Of a stretch of DNA of 64,000 bases, positions 1 to 14,062 are shown in pieces (the first letter of the stretch is position 1; every line of letters begins with the position of its first letter). Below the pieces are notes generated by a model, which was not told the origin of the DNA, made no database searches, and saw only the letters and a list, made by a program, of their open reading frames with translations. The position numbers were made by a program, and so were the translations under genes. This DNA comes from Balanoglossus misakiensis (taxonomy: Eukaryota > Animalia > Hemichordata). Where the stretch lies: assembly GCA_040954595.2 (NCBI GenBank), contig CM082577.2, positions 3,968,305 to 4,032,304 on the forward strand, given 5' to 3'.

Positions 1-1036
1 TCTCTGGCCATTCCGGAGGTCATCCCAGACTGGGAGCGGTTGACTTGATTCCCGTGCATCCGTTGTCAGATGATGTAACTCTGGATGAGTGTGGAGAGCT
101 GGCAAGAGGTAGAAAGCAGAATTCTGTCTTTCATCACAAAATACAGAAAAAAATACATGACCATTCAAAAAATGTATAAGCTCTCTCCCTCCCTCCCTCC
201 TCCTCCACCCTTACCTGCATCTGTAAATTAAGTGTAAATTGTAATTATTGCATTTTTTTCCTACATTCATGTTCTCCATCACAGGTCTTGCCACAAGATT
301 GGCAGAGGACATCCCGGGTTCCTCCTTCTTTCTGTTTGGCCATGCTGACAAGTCTAATCCCCGGGGACTGGTGGAGAGACGGAAGGAAGTGGGTTGGTTC
401 GCTGGTCGCCATGGATTCCAGCACAAAGAGTTGAAGTATGACATTGGCGCAGCCCCAACTGCTAGATACGGATTGACTGGTAAATGCAGATCATTGAACT
501 TTTGCTTTGAATCTTTGTAAAGTATCAGGTGACGTTGTAGGCTAGTTCTCAAGACTTAACTCTGTTTATATATTTATATACATTCAGGTATTGGTGCAAT
601 TCCATACATGATGAACTGCAATGTCACCATAGATACAGAAGATCTGCAGTTGGGTCGAGATATTGCCATGGCGATCAGGGGCTCGTCTCCGGGAGGTCTA
701 CCCGGTGTGCAGTCGATGGCTTTCAGACACCAGGGCAAAATTGAAATCGCTTGCAACGTCCAATCCTTTTTGCTCGGTGAAGGTCAAAGGTCACCTGGAA
801 GTGCTTCCACGGCTACCAATAATTATGATCAACTTCAGACATTTGGCAGACATTCGTACGTTCCCGGTGAAGCTGTGGAAGCCAGGGTCCGAGAACTGGC
901 TGCTGGCAAGGATGTGGACACTGAAGGGATGGCCCTTCTTGGATTTGAACCCAAGACAGCCTTAGAGCTTGCCACAGAAGCTCTGACAACCGGACAAAAG
1001 ATGTTCTGGATAAACCGTCAAAGTCGAACAATGTGA
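1..1036 (+). CDS. FTCDNL1: Formiminotransferase-domain protein (FTCD N-terminal-like / glutamate formimidoyltransferase-like), 3' part; begins upstream of window
   Basis: Exons <1-108, 285-479, 588-1036 joined by GT-AG introns keep one frame: ...GGHPRLGAVDLIPVHPL...LFGHAD...GLTGIGAIPYMMNCNVTI...GGLPGVQSMAF...IEIACNV...stop. HPRxGAVD is the formiminotransferase motif. The gene ends without a cyclodeaminase domain; AATAAA near 1288. Symbol is tentative. Confidence 0.8.
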
Positions 1037-2447
1037 TGTCAGTGCAATACTTCTACATTCATCAACTGCATAAATCACTGGATTTGGTTGTCTAGCATAT
1101 ATACCAGTTTGTGCCTTAACTTGTCCTCAACAGGGGCCTCTCAACAGACCAAGTTCTTTGATGGCTTGCAAATTCATACTGTTCAGAAGCACTTGCCTGA
1201 GTTAATCTCTCTGTCAGTCATTGCACAAGATCCAAGCACTTTGCTTACCTGTTCATGTAAATTTTCTTCCTGTTATAATTAATTTTCAATAAAGAATAAG
1301 CAACATGATGCCAACTTTCTCTCCCAAGTCTTTTAACATTTATCTGAATATGACAAAATATCTTATTCTGCAGAATCCCAGGTGTTCACAAAAGCCACTA
1401 ACACAGATGTGAAATATATGAGAGTGAACAAAAATAACAAAGAACGTACATGTCCAGCAACTGTAAAGATGGCATTTACTGCTATCCACCTCAACTGATC
1501 AAACTCTTCTTAATTATTCAACTGCATGCGTGAATAATTTAGTAACATGTTTGCATGGTGCACCCATAAGCCTGTAAATTCAAAGCAGTGTGCGAGACTA
1601 TACATATGGGATGTGATATATTATCAGACAGGATTAGAACATTCATACAAAACTGGCTTAGGTTCGCATATGGTTGGAAGTTGGCCAACAAAATATTGTC
1701 AATTAAAAATGCATGTGACGATACATGCACAGGCAGACAGACAGAGAAATCAAAGGTCAACGGGCGTCCAGTGCATCATTATTTAGTGGCCAATTATTTG
1801 TGTGAACACCGTAGAGATTTCTAACAAAAATTATAATTCAAAGATTCCTGCCGTCCTGGAGTAATACTCAACGATCCGACAACTGTCGAGGAAGACATCG
1901 ATTTGCAAATCTGCCCCTTTGGGTAGACTTTATGCAGGAAATAGTAAGCCTACTGTACTGGGGGGGGGATCAGTCTGACAGAAATCAGTGGAATAGCGCG
2001 TCGCCATGGTAACGATGTCATTGCAATCGTTGGAAGGAAAATGGGGTCGGAAATGTGAGCATTGGTGACGTCAACAAAGTTGCGCATGGTAAATACAAGA
2101 CGGCAAGCCTGAGCTCAGATACTTGTTGAAGCTCCGACAGTCTACGGTAGCGGACATTTTGAATAGTAATATCATAGACAGAGGAAATACTTGCGTTTTT
2201 CTCAGAGTATGTGAAACCACGAGGTGAAACCGAAGCCCCCGAGAGAATATTTGACTTCAACAGTTTTGCTTTCCAGTAAAACGACCAAGCCGAGTATGCG
2301 CTGTTAGCTACTTCGCCCATCATGTGTATGCTGCGGGTTCAACTTAATCTGAAGACAATATTTATGCGCTACACATAGTCTGAACAGAGCAGCCTACGTG
2401 GTGAAATTTAGTTCTTTTATCCTTATTTATTTTAAAAGCAAACTGCT

Positions 2448-4389
2448 TTACAAGATATATGGACATTTGATAAAATCGCTGGAATGATCGTTCACTAGAG
2501 TAGACCCGCCCGATTTCATTTTCATTCCATCGTCCGTGATGGGAACATAACCGAGCATTTCCATTGCCCGCAAGCATTTCTGCTGCACGTCGTTCACCTG
2601 GTCGAACGACATTTCTTGTTTCCACGCCACGATTCTTTCGGTCGAGTTCCTTGTGGTGGACAGGTCGCCACCCCGCTCCTCATTGGTGTTCTTTTTTATC
2701 CAGTTCGTGACGTCATCATGGAGCTCTAAGCCAATGAACTGGTAGATAAGTTTCGCCATTTTCAAAGGCTGCAACGCCACATCCTCGTACCGCAGTAGGA
2801 GATACTTCCCCCGAAGCCATTTCGGAGCTGAAAGGACCTCCTTTAAGTTTTGCTGCATGTCCTTGCAAAGATCTGTCACCTCGTCCCACGGGACACCCTT
2901 TCGCAAAAAGTCGTGGTTCGGGAAAAAAGAGTGCGCCCTGGAGTTCATTATCGCTCGAGGGTCCCGGACGAGGTGAATTATTTTGAAATTTAACGAAGTG
3001 TCGTCTGCAAACGTTCGCAAAGCTTTCAAGTCGTAGAATCGTATTTCTTTGACGGCAGTGTGACGTTTTTCTCGACAACGACTCGAGTAATCCACGTCCT
3101 TGTAAATCTTTCCTGGCGTCCGCTTCCCCCTCTGCCTCACAATAAAACGTAGGGTTGCATTCCTACAGTTGAAAAAACTGTACACTTTTTCTTTTGCCCT
3201 AATGTCAAACAAACGATTGTCGAGTTTCCCGCGTAACACATCGAACGTCAAAGGTCTAACTGGCTCAAATGCATAAAATATGTCTGGGTGCTGTTTGAAT
3301 AATTCTCCCAGAAATGAGGAGCCAGACCTCTGGACGGAAAATATTAAAATGTGAAGCTTTTTGCCAGCGTCTCTTCTTTCATTCATCTCCTTCGTGTCAC
3401 TGGAAAGATTCTTGAAAACTCTCGACTCTCCCAATACCTCTTCAAGAGAAGGCAGCCTCTCCTCGCCAATGTTTGTTTTGTCGCTGGAAGTTCCAAATTC
3501 GGCAAAGAAACTGTCGCTGCTTTCGCTCCGGGGCTCGTCTCCTTGAAGAAAAACATTAAAAGAAGTAGTCGTGCAGGCCTATACGGTGTCTTAGTCTTGA
3601 AGCAATGCGCGTTACAACTACACATAATTGTCATGGTTTGAAAACAAAAACGGGCGTGGGTCAAGAATTCTTCACAAAACATGATTACCGGATTGACAGT
3701 CGGGTTTACAATTTTGGTTCGTGTTTCAATAAATGCGTGTGGACGTATGTAAATTTAATACGTATCCCGAGTCTGTCTTTTCGTAATTTGGTCTTGAAAT
3801 CAATAAACGTTACATCGTTTTGAGAAACTCTATCGTACACATGTACGTACATCTCGACAAAAATGACACGGTCTCTCACTCACATAATTTATTAATTAAT
3901 TTATAATTACTGAAAACCCTGTCAACCATAACATTTTTATCCTCATGCATACGCATATGAGACAATACCAGAAAATTACTCGTCGAAATGCTAAATATGA
4001 AGAATAACTGAATCCTAGTAATTATGCGTATCACAATAATTATCAAATGACACATAGAAAGCATTCTCTCGTGTCTTATTCGTAAGAATCACAAATCTAA
4101 CGTATGTGCCTGTCAATCAAGTCTTTCTCTGTACAATCAACCAAACGTGCAACGATACCCGACGATATAATCCGGTATGTAAACCGTATGCCGACGATCA
4201 AAGATGAATAATACCTAATAAAAACACACAGATGACGGCTTGAAACTTACGATTTTTATCGCTGTCGTCTTTCCCTCTCATTTTCCATGTCATTACAACC
4301 AGCGTCGCAATCAACAGCAGACAGGCAACTTTACGACAACGGGTAAGCTTAGGCCTACAATTCGACAGTGCGCCTCCTCTGTACGCCAT
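2448..4389 (-). CDS. Golgi type II membrane carbohydrate (Gal/GlcNAc/GalNAc) 6-O-sulfotransferase, CHST1/3/5-like, about 410 aa
   Basis: Exon 4389-4251 (MAYRGG...KVACLLLIATLVVMTW, TM anchor; gtaagt donor, phase 1) splices to exon 3541-2448 (acceptor tttttcttcaag). Contains the 5'-PSB motif QRSGSSFLGELF, YAFEP, the 3'-PB motif IIHLVRDPRAIMNSR and LLRYEDVA. Total 1233 nt in frame. A probable 5'UTR exon ends at donor ~4700. Confidence 0.9.
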
Positions 4390-6883
4390 CGTCGAACGGC
4401 GCTGCGTGCGTCGATTCCAGTTTTTATAATGACATCTCACGGCTGGGATTGTTTTCTGGTGGAAATATGAGGTTTTGAATAACATTGTTAATTTCCGTAG
4501 AAATGCGACACGGGAATATGGTGGAAGGCGGTGTAATATGTAACGTCTATGTGCAATGAGAGTCAATGCAATCAAAATACGAATGTATTCTCGTCATAAA
4601 TAGGCCTACACAATCACAATAACGATCACTTTTATCGCAAAGAAAACTCCCAGTCTGGATGTCTTATTCATAATATAATCAAATACCGTACAAACTTACC
4701 TCGGGTCGCACCAAAATGTTGCTCACTGAATCAAGCGAGTGGCATTTTCAAGAATATTACAAAAACATCGCGAAATAATACAGCTACGCATCGTGGGCAA
4801 GTTCAGTTCAGTGAATAACGCAATATGTGCCACATTAAATCTGTCTCTGTGACAGCTGCGTGCATTATTTAATACCTGCTGGCGAATTCAACAAATCACG
4901 CGCACGTGGCCGAGGAAAATCGGATCGCCGCCAATGCAGGAAGAGAACTATTACAATTATAATCTTGTCTGTATTGTCCTTTTACACAGCAAAATCCGAT
5001 ACAATTATTTTATCGAATGTAGGCCTTCTATTTCATGAAAGCAGGTTCTTGGCACAAAACGTGGTTTAACTTGAGCCTACATGTAGATTGCATCCATGTT
5101 GCATATCTCACCCTATTTATTTATTTATGGATAAATCGGAAACATGTAGTCGCGGTTCGACCATTCTACATGATAGTAGTTAAAAATTCAGAATCCGGTA
5201 TTGTAATTAACCCATTTAATTTTTACATAATGAGAAGGCAGACAGGAACACACTTATACTTTCACTTCCTGCTCAATTAAATATTTTTCATTGGGCGTGT
5301 TTTTTCTCTGTGCGTACGCGCGCGTATATTTGTGTTCTATTCTCCCAAAAAAGTCTACCCTAATAATCCCCGTGTTTGATATTGACTTCATCAGAAATAG
5401 CTGGATTACTGGCAGGTTAGCGATGATTATACTAAACGACATGAAATAACCATAATTATATTGGTGAGAGACGCCTACATATGATGTTCACACATCGCAT
5501 CTCATTGACCTTGCATTGCTTCTAGATTGTGTTGTAATTATTGTCTGCCAACTCGAAAGCTGTCGCAGTGTTTGCGTCCGGTTCCTTCTAGGCTAAGGGT
5601 GATCTCGCTGTTGATCTGCACGTCTTTGGGAAGACAAAATCAACGTAGCCATCAAGAGGAAGGAATTACAATAGCATGCCCTGTTCGGCCCCCATTTCTC
5701 ATGTATCTAGGACACTTGGCATACACACAGTGTATGCTGAAAACATACACAGTCTTCAAGCTTGAAAGAGGCCTCAGCTCAGATAATGTTTTCCCCGGGG
5801 GTTATCGTTCGTGTCTCTTTTATTTTCCTACGTCCTTCACATAAAATGCCTATAAGACACGGTAAATGTTGATAAACACAACGGTCGTAGGTCAAACCGA
5901 ATGTAAACACGCATTTGAAGCGGGGGTCACTTATCGTTCACACAGATATTGTACGCGCGCGCCTAAAAATATCACCGGCTATGGCGAAATAAATACGAGT
6001 CCCTCTACACATCTGCACCGATATAAACAATGTATACCAACCTGCTCACACACGAACGCCAACAAAGCATTTTCATCATCATGGCGGATGAAAATGTCTG
6101 CTGCGATCCTAAGGTCATATATAGATCTGTTCTGGGAGAGTGGTTTTTACAACGCGAAGGGCTAGCTATAGCGGCTACAGAGGGCGCTTTAAACCAGGAT
6201 GGCGTACGGTACGCGTACGATGCCGCTTGCTATATTTTCCAAAATAACTTTTATTTATTTCACTTCAGGGTATATTCCCTCTCAAACGTCTTGCTATATC
6301 TCCAAGTATGACCTGATTACCAACTTTTGAGGGTGCTCCCCGCCACTAGAATTATTTTATCAATGAATTCAAACGCGCCTACAGATATATCACACAATCT
6401 CTACGTTTTTCGACTTTAACCTTACCTGATTAGATCCTACACATAGGATCTTTTTTATTGACACATCTCTTTATACAGCGTACTACAAATTATGTAACTG
6501 CCTTATAAAATAGGACAGGTACATTCAACGTGTATTTTATGACATAAATATTACAATCATTTCCTTATTTTTCCCGTATATGCGTAGTGTTTAGAATCGA
6601 CAGGCTTGGAAATGTGTGCGCAGTGTTTATATCTTTTGCAAGCAACTGCATGATTACTTGGCGGCTAGCCAAGCAATGACATAATATAAAATGAATAAGT
6701 GACTAGGATTACGGGTACTGTCCTTTAATTTAAAATTCAATGGAGAAAACGGTAGCCTTCGACTTAAAAATAAACTTGTCAATTCATGCAATTTGTAAAT
6801 AAAAGAAACAACAATTAAGAATAGTAAACGTATTGTGCAAATGAAAGACTGCCGGGTATAAATAAAGTCTCTTAATATATCTA

Positions 6884-8585
6884 TTAAACTTTTGTTACGG
6901 GTAATGGTTTTACTTGATTGGCGCGTGCAGAAGTCACCGTCGTACAGCGCACGCGCCCAGTGGCGACTGTCTTGAGTTTGGCCACTCGGGACGGCCACTG
7001 ACAGAATCGCTCTTTGATGGAACTGCGCACCTGGCGGTTTCCGATGCCGTACAGGAGCGGGTTCAACGCCGAGTTCAGGAAAGTCAGCAGGTTTGTACAG
7101 TTGGCCACGGTGACTGAGACCCCCGAGCCAGTCGCGTGGTCGATGAACAGACACACCAGTCCCGGGAGGGTGCACACGAAGAAACATCCCATGATCGTGC
7201 ACAGAACTTTGGCCGCTTTCCCGTGATCGGCCGTCGACGGGCCACTGCGCCCCCTAGTGTTCGTTGCCGGGTCTTCGTTCAGGTGCTCCACGCTTCGGTG
7301 GATGTCGCGTATTTTCTTGGCTTGTTTACTTGCTGTGCGGAATATCAATCCGTACATCACCACCATTGCAATAACTGGAAATAAAAATACATCTCATGAT
7401 TACCGTTCATCGTTTAAAGCAATAAATGTATGAGTATTTCCATTGCACATATAATTGTACAAACCAGATGCAGAATTCAGTCCTAGGAGGAAAATGTTCT
7501 AACTACAGGATGTGAAACTGTTCCTTACCCGGAACGGTGTACCAGACGATGATCATTACCAGTATATACGACAGCGTCATGTAGTCCACATAACTACACG
7601 TTCCCGCCAACATTTGCCTCAGATCCAAGGCTTCGGCTTTTCTCCAGCCAATCAAAGGAGCCAACGCTGCCATGATTGACAGCAGCCAGCAAGTCAGGAC
7701 TAGCCCAGCTGCTCTCCGTTTCGTCACTAGAGTTTGGTGCCTGCAAAGTTGATAAATATGACGTTTTACGTTGGTACAGAAGATCATTTTTGCGTTAATT
7801 TGAAAACTGTTTTGTGCGCATTTTCCCGGTGCGTGCATGTCTCGTCTCGCTAGTTCCAGGCAAACTGAAAGTGTTCTTTTACTATGGACACTATTACTTT
7901 CGAGAAATGCGGTAATGAAAAATAAATTAAGGACATGACGAGTTCGATAAGCGGCATTCCGGCACGGTTGCGTAAATGTTCGAAATAGTTTCAACATTTG
8001 CAATGGGGAATCGTTCAAACGCGCATACTCGTATGGATATTCCTTCTGTGATCTACATAGGTCAGCACCAGGATAGTATTAAGTATCTTCTAATAGTGCA
8101 TAGTAAAAAGCTTTAAAAGGGATGACGATCTTTAAAAAATAAACTACATTGTACATGTAACTATAGTTTGTCGCAACACAGGTAAAACATGCATGTAAAT
8201 CAAACTTAGTTGTTTTTTTCGGGAGACAATGTCATAAACACCATCGCAACACTTACCGCAGAGGGAACGTTATGGCAATGTAACGATCTGCAGCTATCAG
8301 CAGAAGATGGGCCACGGACGCCAAGATGAAGAAGACGGTGAACGAGCGGGTGAGAACGCAGTCCAGGAGCATTTCGACGGGACCGCTGTTCTGCTCGGCC
8401 ACGTAGAGGGGGACCACGACGGCCCCCACCAGAAGATCCGAAAAGGCCAGCGACACGATGAATATGTTTGTGATCGTGTGCAGACTTCTGTCCAGCATTA
8501 TCCCGACCATCACGACAAGGTTCAGTATTATGCACGGCAGCGAGACCACGAATAGACCGACGACACTCGGCCAGTTAGCCAACAT
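6884..8585 (-). CDS. Class A (rhodopsin-like) orphan GPCR, distantly amine/adenosine-receptor-like, about 343 aa
   Basis: Exons 8585-8257, 7740-7529, 7374-6884 (1032 nt, in frame). TM2 SLAFSDLLVG, TM3 ADRYIAI, TM4 CWLLS...PLIGW, TM6 FFVCTLP, TM7 NSALNPLLYG. The ATG at 8585 directly follows an AG acceptor, so an unidentified upstream exon may exist. Confidence 0.9.
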
Positions 8586-9843
8586 CTTGAAAAATAAACT
8601 TCAGCGGTCGGGAAGAGTTTTACATACACCGGAGAATGCGGTATAGTATGGATTGTATTGGTATGAAACATTTAACGGCGACTCAAATTAGCAGCCCAAA
8701 CCCATCGCTTTAAATAGCCGTGTGACTGTATCGCCGCTAATTTCTCGGAATCATGATGCTGAAAACGAACTCTGAAAATAGAAGAATCTGCCATGCACGG
8801 ACCACCATCGCTTTTTACTCCACAAACAGTCGCGGTCCATCAGCTGTGCCTGAACTCCGATTAATTAAATTTTGCCACTTGACTGAACCATAATTTTTTT
8901 CCGCATTGCTCGCAAGACAGCCTGCGGCAGCTGTGTCTGTTACTTGGAAATAGAGGGCGGAAGACCAGCTTAAATAATACTTGGAAAGGGCGATGCCCTG
9001 CGCCGTTCAAGCTGTTGCAAAATTATGAATAATATTCTCGCCACTTTACCGCGATCTGGGATGATATATTGCTTTTGTGCACTAGTATTCCATGTTAGTT
9101 TAACATTCTTGTCTATTTTAATGCGAAATTAGACTTTTACAACTATAGGCACGGTAGCTGACTCCAATATTATTACCACTGCGACTGTACGTCCCACTCA
9201 GATATCACTTGTAAATGGAATGTCTGCCAACTGTTAATTAACCAATTGGCGTGCGGCTGGGACTACTGTTCAGTCCGCTCTCACATGTACATGTACAAGT
9301 ACAGAACCAAATGTGACATAATGGCCCGTATCCTCGTTTGTCTCCAGTTTCCCCGAGCATGTCAAACAGCTGCACTAAAAGGAAATTCAGCATCTGCAAG
9401 TAACGAGTGTCGGAACGGCTGAAGGTGGTGTAACGCTGGTAGGAAGGACTGCCAGGAGTCAGGATAAATGATAAAAGTATCCCTGGTATTTCCCGTTTTC
9501 TCAGTAAACAAGTCCGCCTTTTGATGGCATCTAGGGAAGAAAAAAATGCGAAAGTCCTACTTCTTCTTTAAAATTTTCCCGTCACAAAATTTATTTCAAG
9601 ACATGGCATTCTTTGATTTCAGGAAAATCATCATTATGTCACAGAATTTAATTTACTCCAACAACAGTAAAATGTTGTTTTGGCTCAAAAGAACAATTTT
9701 GCCAACTAGAATGCACCCGTCATTGTATACTGGTTCATCTCTATAAATTTTAATGACCAAAATAGTGTCTGGGTGGGGTCCCGCATACATTATATGTATG
9801 CGAGCCAAGCCAGGTATCGAGCAGAGTACCGGGTGAGGGCGCC

Positions 9844-9904
9844 AGGTCAACTGAGGTCATGATGAAATGTCACATGACAGACTATATGAATGGGGGAAAG
9901 TCCC
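9844..9904 (+). promoter_or_regulatory. GGH-1 proximal promoter motif cluster: DR4 nuclear-receptor element, CLEAR/M-box-like E-box, NF-kB site
   Basis: AGGTCA-actg-AGGTCA at 9844-9859; GTCACATGAC at 9869-9878; GGAAAGTCCC (reverse complement GGGACTTTCC) at 9895-9904; all within ~105 bp of the ATG at 9949. Function is inferred only. Confidence 0.5.
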
Positions 9905-9948
9905 AAGTTAAAATCGCACTTCCTTATTAGAGCTACTCAACAGCAAAT

Positions 9949-12796
9949 ATGACAGGCAAACATCTTGTGCTAGCTTTTGTCCTTGCATTTTGGTCTGCTC
10001 AAGTGTATGCCACTGATGTCAACAATAGACCAATAATTGGTAAGATTTCTTAGTTAAGTAATGTTTGCAAACTGCTAAGAAAGTAAAATCGAATTGCCCG
10101 AACACGTCATCCAGGTATCGTAATTAGACCACGGATCTCTCGCACTGCAAACAGTACGTTAAATAGTTAGATGTCAATTTTCTGGTTACTGAATTCCAAG
10201 ATTTTTAATCATTATACTTTTGATACACATTTATTCAATCCAACGAAATCCTTGCTGGGTAAACTATGATACTATAGACACTTGTTACAGTGTAACTTAT
10301 CTATTCTGTACAAGGAAGTTCATGTAGCAGCAACAACTAGCTACTGACGATGATGATGGTGGTGATGATGATGATGATCATCATCATATACACATCTCAA
10401 CTTCCATGGACAGTGCTAATTATATATGTGTTTGTGTTATATGTGACATTTTCAGGCATCATGGCCCATCACACAGACCCAGAGAAAGCAGCATACGGGA
10501 AATCCTACATTTCAGCCGGCTATGTGAAGTTTCTGGAATCGGCTGGTGCCAGAGTTGTACCAGTTCTTGTCAACCAAACTGACGAATACTATCAGCATCT
10601 GTTTGATTCATTAAATGGGTAAGGATTGAGATACTTATACACAATGACTGATTCATATCCCATTGTCACCTGCCCTCCCTCATTCTTAAATGGAATGGCC
10701 TGAATCAAATGCATCAAAGTCTCACTGACTGACTGAGACCGCTTGATTCAACCTGTAAATAAGGTTGAATTTACAATTGTGGATGTCTGTTCTCATCAGA
10801 GTACTCTTCACTGGTGGTGATGTTGATCTGAAGACATCTGGATATGCCAGAGCTGGGAAGATTTTCTATGACTTGGCACTGAAGGTAAATCAAAATGGGA
10901 CATAGAAATTCTGGTGACCTGTTTGGGGGAAAGTGCTATCATTGGTTGTTGCTTGTTCCTTTGTTTTATAGCTGTTTTATATGTTGTACAACGTTCAGAA
11001 GCCTTCTGAACTGTTAGTTGAGAGAGAAGTACATGTACTCTCATCAAGGATGATTTTTACAATTTTATTTTTCCAATTTACAATATGTGTATTAAAACTC
11101 CTTGTTTTACTGACAGGCTTTCGACAAAGGTGATGCCTTCCCAATGTGGGGTACCTGCCTGGGATTTCAGCTCTTCACAGCACTGACAAGTGGCAAAGAT
11201 TTGTTGACTGATACAGAAGCTGTTCACGTGTCATACCCACTCTATTTCCAAGATGGTTAGTCTTTCTATCTTCTTTTTTTGCGTAAACCTTTCCATAAAA
11301 TGACTGGGAATTATACGAAGAAGATGATAGCAAGAAGTTAGGACTGATAAGAAAGTTTACAGTCATAATTTAGGATTATCAGATCACATGTTATTTTGTA
11401 ATATGCTCAGGAGTCTGTATAATAAAACTAAGAGTGCATCACCAGAAGGATTTGTGGTGTACTGTTCTGAATGTCATCTCACTTTCTCATGGCCACTCCT
11501 GTTAGCTATAAAAGATCCACTAATACACATACCAGTGATCACAACTTGCAAGCACAACTCAACATTTACCCCCACGTTGTTCCATTTCTGTGCCTCAGGG
11601 TATGAAAATAGTCGAATGTTTAAGAAAACCGAAGAGTCAGAGCCGATTGTGACTATTTTAGCCAATCAGAATGTTACGTTTAATTCTCACCATTATGGGA
11701 TCACTCCTGAGGTAAGTCTTTCATTTTTTTTTAAATGATGCAAGGATGTAGTAGGAATGCTTTTATGTGAAGGGATGAATATTTAGCTCTTCCTACAAAT
11801 TTTCTGAAAGTCGCTCACTTTAGGTGTTTATCCTTTCTAATCAGTCTTCCAATCTCTCTCTCTTTACAGGCTTTCCAGAAAAACAGAGACTTGAGCAACT
11901 TCTATCAGATGCTGTCTACCAACTATGATGAAAATGGGAAAGAGTTTGTCTCCGTCATGGAAGGTGTGTTGCACATATTTAGACCAGAGAAACAAATAAC
12001 TTGATGGAATAGAAGAATTCCTCCATAATGTAGTAATACACTTTCATATTTCAACAAAGTTGGTTGTGGAACCCTATATTCACCCGTGTTGGCCCTCTTT
12101 GGAGGTCTAACTTTACCACTGATTGCAATTGATTTGGAGCAAACCATTCTGGTGAAACGGTTAACAGACTGTGGTGTAAAGAAAGGTTAAACCATCATCA
12201 CTTACAACAGACTCTCTTTTGACATGACAGGTTATAAACACCCCTTCTATGCGACCCAGTGGCACCCTGAAATCAATCCCTTTGAGTTTTCACCAAGACT
12301 CGGTATCCATGCCAACCATTCCAAAGATGCCATCAGAGTCACACAGTACCTGGCAAATTTCTTTGTCAGTGAAGGTGAGCTAACAAGGATAGATTTCTGG
12401 AGTCCTGAATTGTTTGGTCAATGATGTAAAGGGCACATCCCCTCCTCACAAAAAAACGAAATAAGAACAACATATACTGCTAACTTTGAAAATGTTACAA
12501 AGATCAACATGGTTGGCACATGTTAAAATTTTGTTGACCTTTCTCGGTAAAAAAAAATATCTGTATCTCAGGAGGATCGACAACTTTTATCACATTTACA
12601 CTGAAACAGTAAATCATGCGTAAACCTTCTCTTATCTCCTTATTCTTTGGACATTTATTCTCGTTTTTTCTCAGCTCGCAAGAGTTCACACAGTTTCCAG
12701 GACAAAGCAGAGGAATCAGCCGCCCTCATTTACAACTACACACCAGTTTACAGTGGCAATTTCACTGCCTACGAGCAGTGTTACTTCTTTCAGTGA
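9949..12796 (+). CDS. GGH: Gamma-glutamyl hydrolase, copy 1 (secreted/lysosomal type), 316 aa
   Basis: Exons 9949-10039, 10456-10618, 10800-10884, 11117-11255, 11599-11711, 11870-11963, 12231-12374, 12675-12796 (951 nt). Signal peptide [47 protein letters not shown], catalytic WGTCLGFQ and ATQWHPE (peptidase C26). Confidence 0.95.
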
Positions 12797-13534
12797 AAAC
12801 AACAATTCAGACAGGCAGGACAGCCTGTCATCCGTTTGAAATCACCTGAGGAAATCTAGGTTTCCACTACTTATTTGTTTCACATTTCTTAATACCAATC
12901 GTCATGGCAGTCTGTTGACTTAAACACTTCCCAAATATTCTGATAACTCTACATGCTATTAGTTAAAACAGTTCTTGTAAATTATTTTACATATATAAGT
13001 AACTTATTTGGAAACTTTCAGGGTCTGTGCAGAAAATACTATTGAACTATATTCACTCACTTTCCTCTGTAAAGTTTAAATTCATAGGTACTAGTAATTT
13101 ACTGACATTTCAATTGCCATGAACTTGCTTTTTCAAATAAAGCTTGATTTTAGAATGATTTTATCTGAAGAAGATGAGCATTTTAATATGTTGTATTGGA
13201 TTCTTACTAACTACGTGTAATGTCAAACCATTATTATTCAGACGTTTTTAATAAACAGAAGTTCATTCAATAAATACACACTCATGCATGCAAAGTGGGC
13301 CAGTAACTTGGCCTTGCAGTGCAACTAGCGCCCTCTATGTCTATGTTGTGGTGTTGTATATATCAATCACATCAACTAACTTTATATCTTTATTGCATTC
13401 GAAACACACTAGCAGAGAATGTCGTCTGGTACATCAAGATGCATAAAAGTGTACAAAGTGGATGTTTTACTGAAGGTAAACACACCATACTGGCAGAATG
13501 CGGCCCTCCCTCTAGATTATGGTGTCGTCCGATC

Positions 13535-13566
13535 TATAAATAACACGGGGAATTCCCATCATCAGT
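13535..13566 (+). promoter_or_regulatory. GGH-2 core promoter: TATA box, kB-like palindrome, Inr
   Basis: TATAAATA at 13535, GGGGAATTCCC at 13547-13557, TCAGT initiator with its A at 13564 (29 nt after the TATA start); ATG at 13703. Confidence 0.55.
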
Positions 13567-13702
13567 GTCCTGTCATCTGACCCGGAACACCCATACACAT
13601 ACTGGTCATCGCCCTTTGGACTCGCGTCAAACTCCGAACAGTCCACGAGCAACACACCGAATTAAGAGTCATCAGAAGATAAAACCAAAACAGAGTCAAA
13701 TT

Positions 13703-14031
13703 ATGAACAACTCTCCAATAATAGGTAAGTTTGACGGAACCTTGGAACGGGCCCGTTCACGAACATTTTGGAATTTTGCAAATACATTTTACTGTTTGTT
13801 TAGTAGCTAGTTGATTCAGTGATGTACATTTCGTATCATTTCCAGGAATACTGACTCAACTGTCAGATGGAAAGAAGAAAGAATTTGGAAAAGAGTTCAT
13901 TGCCGCTTCCTACATAAAATTCCTCGAAAGTGCTGGTGCGAGAGTTGTGCCAATTCTGCTCCACGAACCAGAGGAACACTATGAAAAGCTTTTCAAGTGT
14001 ATCAATGGGTAAGATGATAATGATGATGATA

Positions 14032-14062
<31 letters not shown>

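Noticed and set aside
3383-3682. ORF with a hydrophobic stretch, suggesting a frameshifted sulfotransferase N-terminus
   Set aside because: The hydrophobic stretch is the intron pyrimidine tract; splicing 4251 to 3541 gives an intact frame, so no frameshift or pseudogene is needed.
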